DNA of 64,000 bases from an uncultured delta proteobacterium (GTDB taxonomy: Bacteria; Myxococcota; Myxococcia; Myxococcales; Anaeromyxobacteraceae), in NCBI GenBank assembly GCA_963845515.1, contig CAWJSR010000028.1, forward strand, positions 128,001-192,000, given 5' to 3'. Position 1 is the stretch's first letter; each line of letters opens with the position of its first letter. The position numbers were made by a program, and so were the translations under genes. The notes beneath the pieces are model-generated. The model did no database searches. It had not been told where the DNA came from and saw only the letters and a list, made by a program, of their open reading frames with translations. Positions 10,681 to 21,795 of the stretch are shown here, one piece after another.

Positions 10681-11225
10681 TGCTCGGGCTCCTCCGGGAC
10701 ATCTCCGCCTTCCTCACGGCCCGCTCCGTTCCGCATGCGCTGGTCGGCGCCGCAGCGCTCGCCGTTCACGGCGTGAGCCGGTCCACGTTCGACGCGGACC
10801 TCTTCACGACCGACGCCACCGTCCTCTCGGCCAGCGCGTGGGGCGCGCTCCTGGAGCGCGGCGTGGGTGTCGACACTCGCGTCGGCGCCTACGACGACCC
10901 GCTCGCCGGGGTCGTTCGATTCTCGCTGCTCGGCCAGCGGAGCGTCGATCTCGTCGTGGGGCGACACGCCGCCTGGCAGAAGGGCGTGCTGGCGCGCGCG
11001 GTGCCGTTCCGGTTCGGTGAGGTGGAGCTCTCCGTGGCCACGCCGGCCGACCTCGTGCTCCTCAAGCTCTTCGCCGGCGGCTCCCAGGACGCATGGGACA
11101 TCGAGCAGCTGCTCGGCGTCGTGGGGCGGGACTCGGTGGCGTCGCTGGTGGAGGCCACCCTGCCGCGCCTGCCTCCCGAGGCCGCCGCCCTCTGGGCCCG
11201 GATCTCGGGGCGATCCCTGGGCTGA
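10677..11225 (+). CDS. Nucleotidyltransferase (DUF6036/AbiEii-like)
   Basis: VGAAALAVHGVSRSTFDADL motif; DLVLLKLFAGGSQDAWDI. Confidence 0.78.
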   Translation: MMLGLLRDISAFLTARSVPHALVGAAALAVHGVSRSTFDADLFTTDATVLSASAWGALLERGVGVDTRVGAYDDPLAGVVRFSLLGQRSVDLVVGRHAAWQKGVLARAVPFRFGEVELSVATPADLVLLKLFAGGSQDAWDIEQLLGVVGRDSVASLVEATLPRLPPEAAALWARISGRSLG

Positions 11226-11245
11226 TCTCGACTCGGCGGTCGTCG

Positions 11246-11434
11246 TCAGATCTCCCCCGCCCGCATCCGCTGCCACGCCTCGCGCCGATCGGGAGGCAGG
11301 AAGTCACCGGTGAGTCGCCAGGCGTCGTGGAGCCATCGCAACTTCTGCTCGGGGGAGAGCGCTGCGTAGGCCCGCAGCTCGTCGTCGGAGTGTTGGTGCG
11401 CGAAGCCGCGCGCCGGGCGATCACCGGTGGCCAT
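11246..11434 (-). CDS. Small protein, probable partner of the second nucleotidyltransferase
   Basis: 62 aa, YAALSPEQKLRWL; overlaps the stop of the upstream gene. Confidence 0.6.
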   Translation of the reverse strand: MATGDRPARGFAHQHSDDELRAYAALSPEQKLRWLHDAWRLTGDFLPPDRREAWQRMRAGEI

Positions 11435-11931
11435 GCAGGACCTCCTTGACCCGGCGGAGCGCGTCGATGTCGGAGGCGTCCTGGCTCCGACCCGTGCCGG
11501 CCTTCATCCGGATGAGGACGTCGATGCTCGCCACCGCCGAAAGTGATCGCTCCGGCCGCCATCCGGTCGGCCGTGCGCTCCATCTCCTCGAAGGGGACGG
11601 GGGAGTCGAGGACGACGTCCACCTCGCGCAGGGGGTCCGCAGGATCGACGAAGGTGAAGGCTCGCAGGTTGCGGTCGGCGATCCACCCGCGGACCACGGC
11701 CGGGTCTGAGAGCTCCTCGTCACGCACTGGGAGCCGATTGTGGAGGCCCAGCCCGTGAAGAACGCGTGCGGCCGTGGCGAGCGCGCCGCCCTCGAGCGCG
11801 ACTGCGATGTCGAGATCGGAGGTGAACCGCGGGACGCCCTGGAGGTTCACAGCGACGCCACCGACCACGACGTAGCGCACGCCGGAGTCGGCCAGGGCGG
11901 CGAACACGTCGTGATAGAAGAGGCCGGCCAC
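11421..11931 (-). CDS. Second nucleotidyltransferase (frameshift at ~11535)
   Basis: YVVVGGVAVNLQGVPRFTSDLDI; C-terminus ASIDVLIRMKAGTGRSQDASDI in another frame. Confidence 0.78.
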
Positions 11932-11982
11932 GCCCCGAGCATAGCAGGCGGTGCGGTCGCGCACCCCTGGCTGGCGCGCCCG

Positions 11983-12909
11983 CTAGGCCTTCAGCGCCGC
12001 CCCGTCGAGCAGCCGCTCGCAGAGATCGGGGAACGGGATGCCGTTGCCCGCGGCGATCTTCGGGACGAGCGACGTCGCCGTCATGCCCGGGAGCGTGTTG
12101 ACCTCCAGGATGTAGGCCGTGCCGTCGTCGACGAGGATGAAGTCGGTCCTGGTGACGCCGGCGCAGCCGAGCGCGCGGTGCGCCTTCTCGCCGGACGCGA
12201 GCAGCAGCTTCGTGGCCTCGTCCGGGATGCGGGCCGGGTAGAAGTACTGGGTCGTCCCCGCCGTGTACTTCGCGGCGTAGTCGTAGAAGGCGTTGGCCGG
12301 GACCACCTCGATCACGCCGAGCGCCTTCCCGTCGAGGACGGCGACCTGGCACTCCTTCCCCTTCACGTACCGCTCCAGGATCACGTCCCCCTTCCAGCGC
12401 GCGGCCTCCTTGCAGGCGGCGGCCAGCTCGGTCTCCTGCCTGACCAGTGAGACGCCGACCGACGAGCCCTCGGCGGCCGGCTTCACGATGCACGGGAGGC
12501 CGAAGGGCAGGTCGGCCGCGCGGATCTTCTCGGCGTCGGCCGTCGGGAAGATCCGGTAGTCGCAGACGTCGAGGCCGACCGACCGGAAGAGGAGCTTCGA
12601 GAGGACCTTGTCCATCCCGATCGCCGACGCGGTCACGCCGGAGCCGGTGTACGGGATCCCCATCGCCTCGAGGAGCCCCTGCACGCAGCCGTCCTCCCCG
12701 AACCGCCCGTGGAGGGCGTTGAAGGCGACCGCGATCCGCTCGGCGCGCAGCCGGGCGGCCACGTCGTGGTCCACGTCGACGAGGACCGCGTCGTAACCCT
12801 TCTCCTGGAGCGCCTTCGCGATGGCGGCGCCCGTCTTCAGCGAGACGTCCCGCTCGGACGACTGCCCTCCGTACAGCACCGCCACCCGCTTCCCCGTCCA
12901 CTTGCCCAT
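11983..12909 (-). CDS. ddl: D-alanine--D-alanine ligase
   Basis: GGQSSERDVSL, LHGRFGEDG, EGSSVG, LEVNTLPGMT. Confidence 0.97.
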   Translation of the reverse strand: MGKWTGKRVAVLYGGQSSERDVSLKTGAAIAKALQEKGYDAVLVDVDHDVAARLRAERIAVAFNALHGRFGEDGCVQGLLEAMGIPYTGSGVTASAIGMDKVLSKLLFRSVGLDVCDYRIFPTADAEKIRAADLPFGLPCIVKPAAEGSSVGVSLVRQETELAAACKEAARWKGDVILERYVKGKECQVAVLDGKALGVIEVVPANAFYDYAAKYTAGTTQYFYPARIPDEATKLLLASGEKAHRALGCAGVTRTDFILVDDGTAYILEVNTLPGMTATSLVPKIAAGNGIPFPDLCERLLDGAALKA

Positions 12910-12932
12910 TCGTCCGTCCTCCATGCCCAATG

Positions 12933-13865
12933 CTAGTCCAGCTTCTCGTCGTCGGCGAAGTCGCCGACGAGCCGCACCTCGGTCTCCAGCGCCACGCCGA
13001 AGCGCTCGCGGACGCGGTCGCGCATCCGTCGCATGAGCAGCAGGACGTCACGCGCCGTGGCCCCACCGACGTTCACGACGAAGTTGGCGTGGCGCGTCGA
13101 GATCTCGGCGCCGCCGAGCCGCTCCCCCTTGAGCCCGGCCGCCTCGACGAGCCTCCCGGCAAAGTCGCCCGGCGGGTTCCGGAAGGTCGAGCCGAAGCTC
13201 GGCAGGTCGAGCGGCTGCGCGCGCTCGCGACGCTCCCACTCGGCCTCCATGGCGCGCGCCGCCTCGACGACGTCGCCCTGGTGCAGGAGCAGCCCGACGC
13301 GCGCGACGACGCCGCCCTCCGGCAGCCTGCAGGTCCGGTAGGCGAAGCCGAGCTCGCCGGCCGGCAGCTCGCGCGCCCCGGCGGCGGTAGCCAGCTCGAC
13401 GTGCGTGACGACGTCCTTCATCTCGCCCGACGGCGTGCCGGCGTTCATCGCCAGCGCGCCGCCGAGGGTTCCCGGGATGCCGCGGAGGAACTCGCAGCCG
13501 ACGAGCCCGAGGGCGTGCGCCCGCTGGACCGCGCGCGCAGTGGGCATTCCAGCCGGAAGGACGAGGCGCGGCGGCGCCAGCGTCTCCCCGCCGAGGTCGC
13601 GCGGGAGGCGGAGCACCACGCCGCGGACGCCCCGGTCGGCGACGAGCGTGTTGGCGCCGCCACCCAGGACGTGGACCGGGACGCCGAGCTCGCGCGCCGC
13701 GCGCAGGCAGGCGACCAGGTCGCCGGGATCGGCGGGGCGCACGAGCAGGTCGGCTGGGCCGCCGATGCGGATCGAGGTGCGAGCCGCGAGCGGAGCGTCC
13801 CGGACCACCTCGCCACGGATCCGGGCGGACAGCACGTCTCGCCAGTCGGGCGCGGCCCCGGGCAC
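12933..13865 (-). CDS. murB: UDP-N-acetylenolpyruvoylglucosamine reductase
   Basis: IGGPAD, LGGGAN, GIPGTLGGALAMNAG, GSTFRNP, HANF, LETEV. Confidence 0.96.
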   Translation of the reverse strand: MPGAAPDWRDVLSARIRGEVVRDAPLAARTSIRIGGPADLLVRPADPGDLVACLRAARELGVPVHVLGGGANTLVADRGVRGVVLRLPRDLGGETLAPPRLVLPAGMPTARAVQRAHALGLVGCEFLRGIPGTLGGALAMNAGTPSGEMKDVVTHVELATAAGARELPAGELGFAYRTCRLPEGGVVARVGLLLHQGDVVEAARAMEAEWERRERAQPLDLPSFGSTFRNPPGDFAGRLVEAAGLKGERLGGAEISTRHANFVVNVGGATARDVLLLMRRMRDRVRERFGVALETEVRLVGDFADDEKLD

Positions 13866-15242
13866 TCAGCCCTCCAACAGCTTCAGCAGCTCTGGGCCGA
13901 CGTTGGTGATGTCGCCGGCGCCCAGCGTGATGACGATGTCTCCGGGCTTCACGATCGCCAGCGCGCGGCTCGCCAGCTCCGCGCGCGGGACGTACGAGGC
14001 GTCCCGGTGGCCGCGCGCCCGGATCGCCTCGACCAGCGCCTCCGGGGTGACGCCCGGGATCGGCTCTTCGCTGGCCGCGTAGATGTCGGAGAGCAAGAGG
14101 ACGTCGGCGTCGTTGAAGGCGGTGGTGAAGTCCTGGAAGAGGTCGCGCGTGCGGGTGAAGCGGTGTGGCTGGAAGACGCAGACGACGCGCCGGTTGAAGG
14201 CCTCGCGAGCGCCGAGGAGCGTCGCCTTCACCTCGGCCGGGTGGTGACCGTAGTCGTCGACGACCGTGACCCCCTTCCTCTCCCCCTTGACGGTGAAGCG
14301 GCGCTGCACGCCGCCGAAGCTCGCGAGCGCCTCGCGGGCGACCATCATCGGGATCCCCATCTCGTCGGCGAGCGCCACGACGGCCAGGGCGTTGAGCGCG
14401 TTGTGGCGCCCGACCATGTGGACCTCGAAGCGGCCGAGTGGCTCCTCGCGGCGGTACGCGTCGAACCGGACCGCGTGGCCCGAGACCTCGATCCTGTCTG
14501 CGCGGTAGTCGGCCTGGTGGCTCTCGCCGTACGTGACGAACCGCTTCTCGAGGTCGGGGATGAGCGACTGGACGATAGGGTGGTCGATGCAGAGGATCGA
14601 GATCCCATAGAACGGGACGCGGTTCACGAAGTCGACGAAGCCCTGGCGCAGCGCCTCCGGCGTCTTCCAGTAGTCCAGGTGCTCGGGGTCGATGTTGGTG
14701 ACGACCGCCAGCGTCGGCGGGATGCGGAGGAACGAGCCGTCCGACTCGTCCGCCTCGACCACCATGTAGTCGCCCCTGCCGAGCTTGGCGTTGGAGCCGA
14801 AGGTGTTGACCTTTCCCCCGACGACGGCGGTCGGATCCATGCCCGCGTGGGCGAGCAGGTGGGCGGCGAGCGACGTCGTGGTGGTCTTGCCGTGCGAGCC
14901 GGCGATGGCGACGCCGTACTTGAGCCGCATCAGCTCGGCGAGCATCTCGGCGCGCTGGATGACCGGGATCTTCCTGGCGCGCGCGGCCACCACCTCAGGG
15001 TTGTCCTTTCGGACCGCCGTGGAGGTCACGACGACGTCGGCCTCCGTGAGGTTCTCCGCCGCGTGGCCGACGAAGACGCGGCCGCCGAGCGAGGTGAGCC
15101 GGCGCGTGGTCTCCGACTCCCTGAGGTCGGAGCCCGAGACGGCGTAGCCGAGGTTGAGCAGCACCTCGGCGATGCCGCTCATGCCGATGCCGCCGATGCC
15201 GACGAAGTGGATCTGGGCGGGACGTGAACGGAACAGGCTCAT
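13866..15242 (-). CDS. murC: UDP-N-acetylmuramate--L-alanine ligase
   Basis: [40 protein letters not shown]. Confidence 0.97.
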   Translation of the reverse strand: MSLFRSRPAQIHFVGIGGIGMSGIAEVLLNLGYAVSGSDLRESETTRRLTSLGGRVFVGHAAENLTEADVVVTSTAVRKDNPEVVAARARKIPVIQRAEMLAELMRLKYGVAIAGSHGKTTTTSLAAHLLAHAGMDPTAVVGGKVNTFGSNAKLGRGDYMVVEADESDGSFLRIPPTLAVVTNIDPEHLDYWKTPEALRQGFVDFVNRVPFYGISILCIDHPIVQSLIPDLEKRFVTYGESHQADYRADRIEVSGHAVRFDAYRREEPLGRFEVHMVGRHNALNALAVVALADEMGIPMMVAREALASFGGVQRRFTVKGERKGVTVVDDYGHHPAEVKATLLGAREAFNRRVVCVFQPHRFTRTRDLFQDFTTAFNDADVLLLSDIYAASEEPIPGVTPEALVEAIRARGHRDASYVPRAELASRALAIVKPGDIVITLGAGDITNVGPELLKLLEG

Positions 15243-15323
15243 GGGGGCGCATTATGCCCTCTCCCCGGCCTTCTGCTGCGCATCATCGCCGCGCCCCCGG
15301 CCACCGGGAGGGGGGCGGCACGT

Positions 15324-16013
15324 TCACGCCTCGCTGATCCGGCCGTCCCGCATCTCGATCGTCCGGCCGGCCTTCCGCGCGAGCTCCGGGTTGTGGGTCA
15401 CCATGACGATGGTCAGGCCGGCGCGCAGGTTCAGCTCCTCGAGGACCAGGCCGATCTCGACGGACCGCTGCGTGTCGAGGTTCCCGGTCGGCTCGTCGGC
15501 GAGGAGGATCTCCGGCCGGTTGACCAGCGCCCGGGCGATCGCCACCCGCTGCATCTCTCCGCCCGAGATCTGTCCGGGCAGGTGGTCCTTCCGGCCGTCG
15601 ATCCCGAGGAGGCGAAGGAGCGCGAGCGCGTCGTCCTTCGTGCCGGGCTTCCGGTAGAAGGTGAGCGGCAGCAGGACGTTCTCGATCACGGTCAGGGTGG
15701 GGATCAGGTAGAAGTTCTGGAAGATGTACCCGAAGGTCTCCCGCCTGATCCTCGTGAGCTCGCTCTCCGACAGGCGCCTCCCGCCGCCGAAGATGGGGCG
15801 GTCTCCCACGGAGAGCGTCCCCGACGTCGGGTTGTCGAGGCAGCCCAGGAGGTTCATCAGCGTGGTCTTGCCCGATCCCGAGGGGCCGATGAACGAGACG
15901 AAGTCGCCCTCGTCGATCCGGAGGAAGACGTCGTTGACGGACGGGATCTCTTCCGCGCCACGGGTGTAGACCCTGGTGAGGTTCCTCGCCTCGATCGCCA
16001 CCGCGCGGCTCAT
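15324..16013 (-). CDS. ABC transporter ATP-binding protein (LolD/MacB-type)
   Basis: GPSGSGKTT, ISGGEMQRVAIARAL, LADEPTGNLD. Confidence 0.92.
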   Translation of the reverse strand: MSRAVAIEARNLTRVYTRGAEEIPSVNDVFLRIDEGDFVSFIGPSGSGKTTLMNLLGCLDNPTSGTLSVGDRPIFGGGRRLSESELTRIRRETFGYIFQNFYLIPTLTVIENVLLPLTFYRKPGTKDDALALLRLLGIDGRKDHLPGQISGGEMQRVAIARALVNRPEILLADEPTGNLDTQRSVEIGLVLEELNLRAGLTIVMVTHNPELARKAGRTIEMRDGRISEA

Positions 16014-17202
16014 CGCCCGGCGTCCCTCCGGATCGCCTCGAGCGGCCGGATGCGGCCGGCCTTCCAGGCGGGATAGACGCCGCTGAGGAGGCCGATGGCC
16101 ACGATGCCCGCGAGCGTCAGCAGGACGAGTCGCGCGTCGATCAGGACCAGGCCTCCGTCCGGCGCGTAGGGGAGCACGCGCCGGATGGCCACGTCGGTGA
16201 TCCGCGAGAGGAGCAGCGCCAGGAAGATCCCGAGGGCCCCGCCCACCGAGCAGAGGAGCAGGGTCTCGATCCAGATGAGCTTGAAGATGTCCCACGGCAT
16301 GGCGCCGATCGTCTTCAGGATGCCGATCTCCTGGAAGCGCTCCCAGACCGACATGAGGATCGTGTTGATCACCCCGACCATCGCGATCAGGACCGCGATG
16401 ATGGCGATCGAGAGCACCATGACCTTCGCGGTGGAGACGAGCCTCATGATCGTCTCCTTGACCTGGGCGATGCTGACGACCTGGACGTCGGGGAGCCGGT
16501 AGAGCCGCTCCTCGAGGCGGACGCCATCCGCCTCCTTCTTCAGCTTGATGCCGATCGTGGTGATGTCCCGGGCGTGCCGAAGATCTTCTGGAGGGTCCTG
16601 ATGGGGAGGAAGATCGTCCCGTCGTCCTGGGTGCCGGTCCGCTCGAGGATGCCGACGACCTTGAGCTCGACGTTCTTCTCGGGGATGAGGGTCAGGTCCC
16701 CGACCTCCCGCTGCTCGAGCTCCGCGGCCTCGTAGCCCATGACCACCTCGAGCCTTCGGGATCGCGTGAACCACCCTCCCTGCCTGAACTTGAGGAAGGA
16801 CTTCATCTCGGCGAAGGTCGCGGCGTCGACGCCGAAGTAGGCGGCGATCCCGCCGCTCTCCCCCTTGTTCGGGTCGAAGACGGCCTGCATGAGGATGGGG
16901 GTGACCTTCTCCACCTCCGGTTCCCTGGCGATCTCCTCCAGGATGGACTCCTTCATGTAGCGGAGACCGGTGCCCCCCTTGAGCATCATCGTGGCGGCCT
17001 CGTAGGGGCATCCCTTGGCCGTGACCATGATCTGGAAGCCCATGTTGTCGATGTCCTGGTTCAGCGAGCGCTCGTAGCCCTGGTTGAAGCCGAGCAGGCT
17101 GACCAGGACCCAGGAGGAGAGCGCGATGCCGATGAGGGTCAGGAGGCTCCGGACCTTCTTCCGGAGCAGGTTCTTGTAGGCGACCTGGAGCTTCGTGATC
17201 AT
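16010..17202 (-). CDS. ABC transporter permease, FtsX/MacB-like (frameshift at ~16575)
   Basis: KNLLRKKVRSLLTLIGI; INTILMSVWERFQEIGILKTIGA; GVYPAWKA. Confidence 0.88.
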
Positions 17203-17867
17203 GGCCTCGCCCCCGCCGGCGCCGGGCCTGCGCGGAGAAGACGAACTCGTCCATGAGGATGAGGTTCTTCTTCGTGGCCCGCAGGGCGGCCCGGAAGTCG
17301 TCCTCGGCCTCCGGGGCCGGATTCGCGATCGCCGCGACCCTCCCCTGCGCCTTGCCCGTGGAGACGTCGTACCGCTCGAAGTCCGCGAGGGTCAGCCCGA
17401 CGAACTGCCTGCCGAAGCTCGGGATCCCGCAGCTTCGCGGCGTGCTGGCTGGTCATCTTCTGGATGTAGAAGCCTCGGATGGTCCCGTCGAGGGTCCAGC
17501 GACCACGAAGACCTGGATCCCGCCGTACTGGCCCTTCTGGTTGACGCCGTGGATGTAGCCGACCTTCTCCTTGCCCGGAAGATCTCGTAGATCGTGTAGG
17601 GGACGTCGATGGTCTCGTAGATCCCCTGGAACCTGTCCCCGAGCCGTCGCTCGACCGCGCGCAGCAGCGGCGCGCCGCCCTGCTTCGGCGATGGAGATGT
17701 AGATGCGTCTTGTACCCGGTGGACCCGGGGAAGAGGCGCGCGACGTCCCGGTCGGGATCGTTCAGGTCGCAGCCCACGGCCGCCCGCGCCGGCCCGGCCG
17801 CGCCGAAGAGGACGAGGAAGGAGACGGCAGCGCCCGCCGGGCAGCGCCAGGACGTCTCACGGCTCAC
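17199..17867 (-). CDS. Secreted protein with FMN-bind-like fold (several frameshifts)
   Basis: Signal peptide; joined frames read KGQYGGIQVFV.LD.DGTIRGFYIQK...RDP.FGRQFVGLT; no (S/T)GAT flavinylation motif. Confidence 0.5.
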   Translation of the reverse strand: MSRETSWRCPAGAAVSFLVLFGAAGPARAAVGCDLNDPDRDVARLFPGSTGYKTHLHLHRRSRAARRCCARSSDGSGTGSRGSTRPSTSPTRSTRSSGQGEGRLHPRRQPEGPVRRDPGLRGRWTLDGTIRGFYIQKMTSQHAAKLRDPELRQAVRRADPRGLRAVRRLHGQGAGEGRGDRESGPGGRGRLPGRPAGHEEEPHPHGRVRLLRAGPAPAGARP

Positions 17868-17887
17868 GCCGGATGATGCATGCGTGC

Positions 17888-18909
17888 TCAGATGCGGCAG
17901 GTAGATAGTAGAGCTGGAGGACGACGCGGTGGTCGTCCTCGGTCGATGGTTGTAGGAGTAGAGCGAGGCGCAGGGTCAGGTCCGACGTGGCGAGGACGGA
18001 GAGGCAGACGGCCGCCTGCGAAGTCCTCCTCCTCGCCGGACCGCCAGTAGGTCGGCTGGGCCTCGATCTTCAGCCGCCCCTCCGGGTCGAGGTTGACGCC
18101 GAACCGGTAGAAGACGGCGAGGTGTCCTCGTCCGAGCCACCTCCCGGCGTCGAGGTCGAGCCGGTGCTCGAGGTTGTCCCGGAGCACGGTCAGGTCGACG
18201 CCGGCGAGCATCATCCGGCGAGGCTCCGGATCCCGGACCGCGTAGCCCATGGTGTCGAGGGTCCTGCCGGAGCCGAGCGGAGAACCCGACGTGAAGTTGT
18301 CCCGGTTCAGGACGCCGTAGGCCGACCCGCGCGGCCAGCCATGTAGTTGCCGCTCGAAGCGGACGCGGGCATGCCCGTGCCGGTGGTGACGCTGGCCGCC
18401 AGGTCCCCCCACGAGAAGTCCCGGTAGAGCCCCGCGCCCCAGTCGCGGTCGAAGCCGAACCCCTGCATGGCGAGGGTCCGCAGGAGGAGGCCGTGGCTGT
18501 CGAAATAGGAGGAGAGGCCGAACGCAGGCCGGTTATGACCGACCCACGCGTAGCCCAGCGGGGTCTTTGCCTTCAGGTACGCGTTGTAGACCTGCGGCTC
18601 CAGGGTGTACGTCGGCCGGTACTCGCGGCTCCCGTAGTCGATGCCGGCGGGGCGGTCCTCCGTGAGCGCCAGCCGCCCCTGGAGGGCGAAGGTGGCCACG
18701 TCACCCCGCTCGCCGGAGAGCCGCTGCAGGTAGTCGAAGCCGACCGAGGTCTTCTGCATCTCGGCGTCCGGGTTCTGGGAGAAGAGGATCAGCCTGGCGA
18801 CCTCGGAGGAGTAGCCGGCGACCTGCTGCGCCTCGACGTAGAGGAGGTGGTCGGCGTGCGCCATCCCGGCGGCGAGAGCAGCGATGCACGCGGCGATCAC
18901 CCTAGACAT
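17888..18909 (-). CDS. Secreted, probable outer-membrane hypothetical protein (frameshifted)
   Basis: Signal peptide ending AHA; alternating aromatic beta-strand pattern (SVGFDYLQR, VYNAYLK, WGAGLYRDF). Confidence 0.5.
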
Positions 18910-19346
18910 CGAACGTGTACCCACCCCTGAAGATCACCGCTTCGCCCCGGCTGACGGTGAAGCGCACCTCCCACTCGCCGGGCATGACGATCGGGATCGG
19001 CAGGAGGTAGACCCCCTTGCGCGAGAGCTGGAAGGCGCGCTCCCCCATCTCGTGGGCGCCCCTCATGGAGGGCATGCCCGCGTCGGCCTTCACTCGCAGC
19101 GAGGTATCCCTGTATCCCCTCCCGGCTGAAGATCTCGACCCTCATGATCGCCGTGCCCAGCTTCGGCGCGTTGTCGAAGCCGTAGACCAGGTAGTGGCCG
19201 TCTCCGATCGGGACCTTCTCTCCGGGCGCAGGCATCGGCGGATAGTCCGCGCCCCGAGTGGGAATGAGCGGAAGGGACACGGTGGCCGCCACAAGGACGA
19301 AGACCAGAGATCGCGAAAGGCCGTGCGATCGACAGGACGTGCGCAT
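18902..19346 (-). CDS. YtkA/FixH-like Ig-fold secreted protein (frameshift at ~19110)
   Basis: Signal peptide; DAGMPSMRGAH...GVYLLPIPIVMPGEWEVRFTV. Confidence 0.68.
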
Positions 19347-19453
19347 GGGGGACTCCCCTCGTCCCAGACCGTAGACACGCCTCCCCCCTGCCGCTCGCGC
19401 GGGGGAGGGTGATTCGACGGCCAAGAGGGGTGCCGCCCCAGCGGGAGCGCGCG

Positions 19454-20621
19454 CTACTTCTTGCGGGGAGGCTCGGGAGCCCCCGGGGGGCGAACCGGTG
19501 CGAAGCCCGCGGGGCGTGGCTGCCCCCTGGCGAAGCCCCACCGCACGCGGCAGAGCTCTGCGCAGACGTCGATGATCTCGCGGGCGGCCTGCGGGGCGCC
19601 GAGCCGGCTGGCGGCGCGCGCCATCTTCCTGCGCCGCTCCGGGTTCGCGAGGACCGCCCGGATCTCCCGGGCGAGCAGCTCGCCGGTGAGATCGCGCTCC
19701 TCGATCATCACGGCCGCGCCCGCCTCGACGAGGCTCCTGGCGTTCAGGACCTGGTGATTGTCGGCGGCGAGCGGGAAGGGGACCAGGATCGACGGCTTCT
19801 GGCAGCAGGTCAGCTCCGCGAGCGTCGTCGCGCCCGCGCGCGCCACCACGAGGTCGGCCGCGGCGTAGGCCGCGCTCATGTCGGTGATGAACTCGCGCAC
19901 GTCGGGGGTGAAGCCGGTGGCTGCGTAACCCTTCTCCACCGGCTCCCGGTCACGGTGGCCAGTCTGGTGCGTGATCGTCAGCTTCTCGCGGACGTCGGCG
20001 AGGTGGGGCAGCGACTCGACGATCCGCATGTTGAGCGCGTGGGCCCCCTGCGATCCGCCCAGGACCAGCACGTGGAGCCGATCGTGCGGTGTCGTGGGGC
20101 GCATGTAGTTGTCGAGCAGCCGGCGCCGGATCGGGTTTCCGAGCTGCTGCACCTTGTGCTTCGGGAAGCAGGCCGGCCGCCTCGGGGAAGGCGGTGAAGA
20201 CCGTCCCGACCACCCGGCCGAGCAGCCGGTTCGTGAAGCCGGCGGCCGCGTTCTGCTCCTGCACCGCGGTCGGGATCCGGAGGAGCCACGCCGACAGCAC
20301 CACGGGGCCGCTCGCGTACCCGCCGACGCCGACGACGATGTCCGGCCGCCACTTCCGCAGGATGAACAGGGACCGGAGCAGCGCGCCGGGGATGAGCAGC
20401 AGGTTGGCCAGGACGTTGGCGAGCCCCTTCCCCTTGAGCCCCTTCACCTGGATGAGCTCGATGGGGTACCCGGCGGCGGGGACGACCGTCGCCTCGAGCC
20501 CGCGCGCCGTCCCGACGAAGATCGCGTCGTTCTCGGCCTGGCGCCCCACCACCTCCTCCGCGAGCGCGATCCCAGGGAAGACGTGGCCACCCGTGCCGCC
20601 GCCGGCGATGAGCACCCTCAC
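19454..20621 (-). CDS. murG: Undecaprenyl-PP-MurNAc-pentapeptide GlcNAc transferase (frameshift at ~20170)
   Basis: AGGGTGGHVFPG, GGYAS, QEQN, GNPIR, GGSQGA, RAGATT, NHQ..NA. Confidence 0.96.
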
Positions 20622-21795
20622 GAGCGCGCCTCCGCCGCCGCGCCGACGCGGACGGCCTGCACGCCCGGCGCGAGGAAGCCGCCGCGGTCGGCCGAGACCG
20701 AGAGGAGGATCCCCATCGCGCCCAGGAGGGTCATGAGAGAGCTGCCACCGTAGGAGATGAAGGGGAGCGTGAGCCCCTTGGTCGGGAGGAGGCCGAAGAC
20801 GACCGCGAAGTTGACCAGCGCCTGCGCGCCCACCAGGGTCGAGAGGCCGACCGCGACGTAGCAGCCGAACGGATCGGAGGCGCGGCGCGCGGCACGCAGC
20901 CCCCGCCAGACCAGGACCGCGTAGAGCGCGAGGATCACGGCGACTCCCAGCAGCCCGGTCTCCTCCGCGATCACGGCCGCGATGAAGTCGGTCGGGGCGG
21001 CGAAGAGGTAGTAGAGCTTCCCCTTGCCCTCACCGAGCCCCTGGCCGAGCCAGCCGCCGTTGCCGATCCCCAGGAGCGACTCCACGAGCTGGAAGCCGGC
21101 GCCGTCGCGGTGGCCCCACGGGTCGAGGTAGGCCAGGAAGCGCGAGAGCCGGTACGGCGTGGACGCGACGAGGTACCAGAAGATCGGCGCGACGAGCACG
21201 ACCGCGCCGAGCAGGTAGCGCGCCGGACGCCGGCGGCGTAGAGCATGGTGAAGAGGACCATGCCCATGATGACCACCGTGCCGAGGTCGCGCTCCAGCAG
21301 AACGAGACCGGCCATGAGGCCGGTGACGACGGCGTGCGGGAGGAAGCCGATCGTGAAGACCTGGATCCGATCCTGTTTGCGCGAGAGCGAGCGGGCCAGG
21401 TAGAGGACGAGCGCCACCTTCGCGGCCTCGGCGGGCTGGAAGCGGAGGAGGCCGAGGTCTATCCAGCGGCGGGCGCCGCCCGCCACCTTGCCTATCCCCG
21501 GGATGAGGACCAGCAGCAGCAGCACGAAGGCGACCCCGAGGAGCGGGTAGGCGAGGGCGGAGACCCGCCTGTAGCCGAGCCTCAGGGCGACGACGAGGAG
21601 CGTGAGGCCGATCCCGCCGGACACGAGCTGCCGCTTCAGGTAATGGAACTCGTCGCCGAGCCGCTGGTGCGCGGTCATGGCGCTCGCCGAGTAGACCATC
21701 ACCGCGCCGACGGCGGCGAGGGCGACGACCGCGAAGAGGAGCATCCCATCGAAGGGCGGGCCGTCTCCGTGGCTCGTGTCCCCCCGCGGCCTCAA
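20618..21795 (-). CDS. ftsW: SEDS peptidoglycan glycosyltransferase FtsW (frameshift at ~21225)
   Basis: MVYSAS, GARRWI, FQPAE.AK, DLGT, TDFI.AVIAEE, LLPTKGLTLPFISYGGSS. Confidence 0.94.

Noticed and set aside
8858..15227. Long alternative ORFs (8858-10477, 9090-11276, 11720-13066, 12930-15227)
   Set aside because: Shadow or off-frame ORFs over well-supported genes, as expected in very GC-rich DNA; no recognisable motifs
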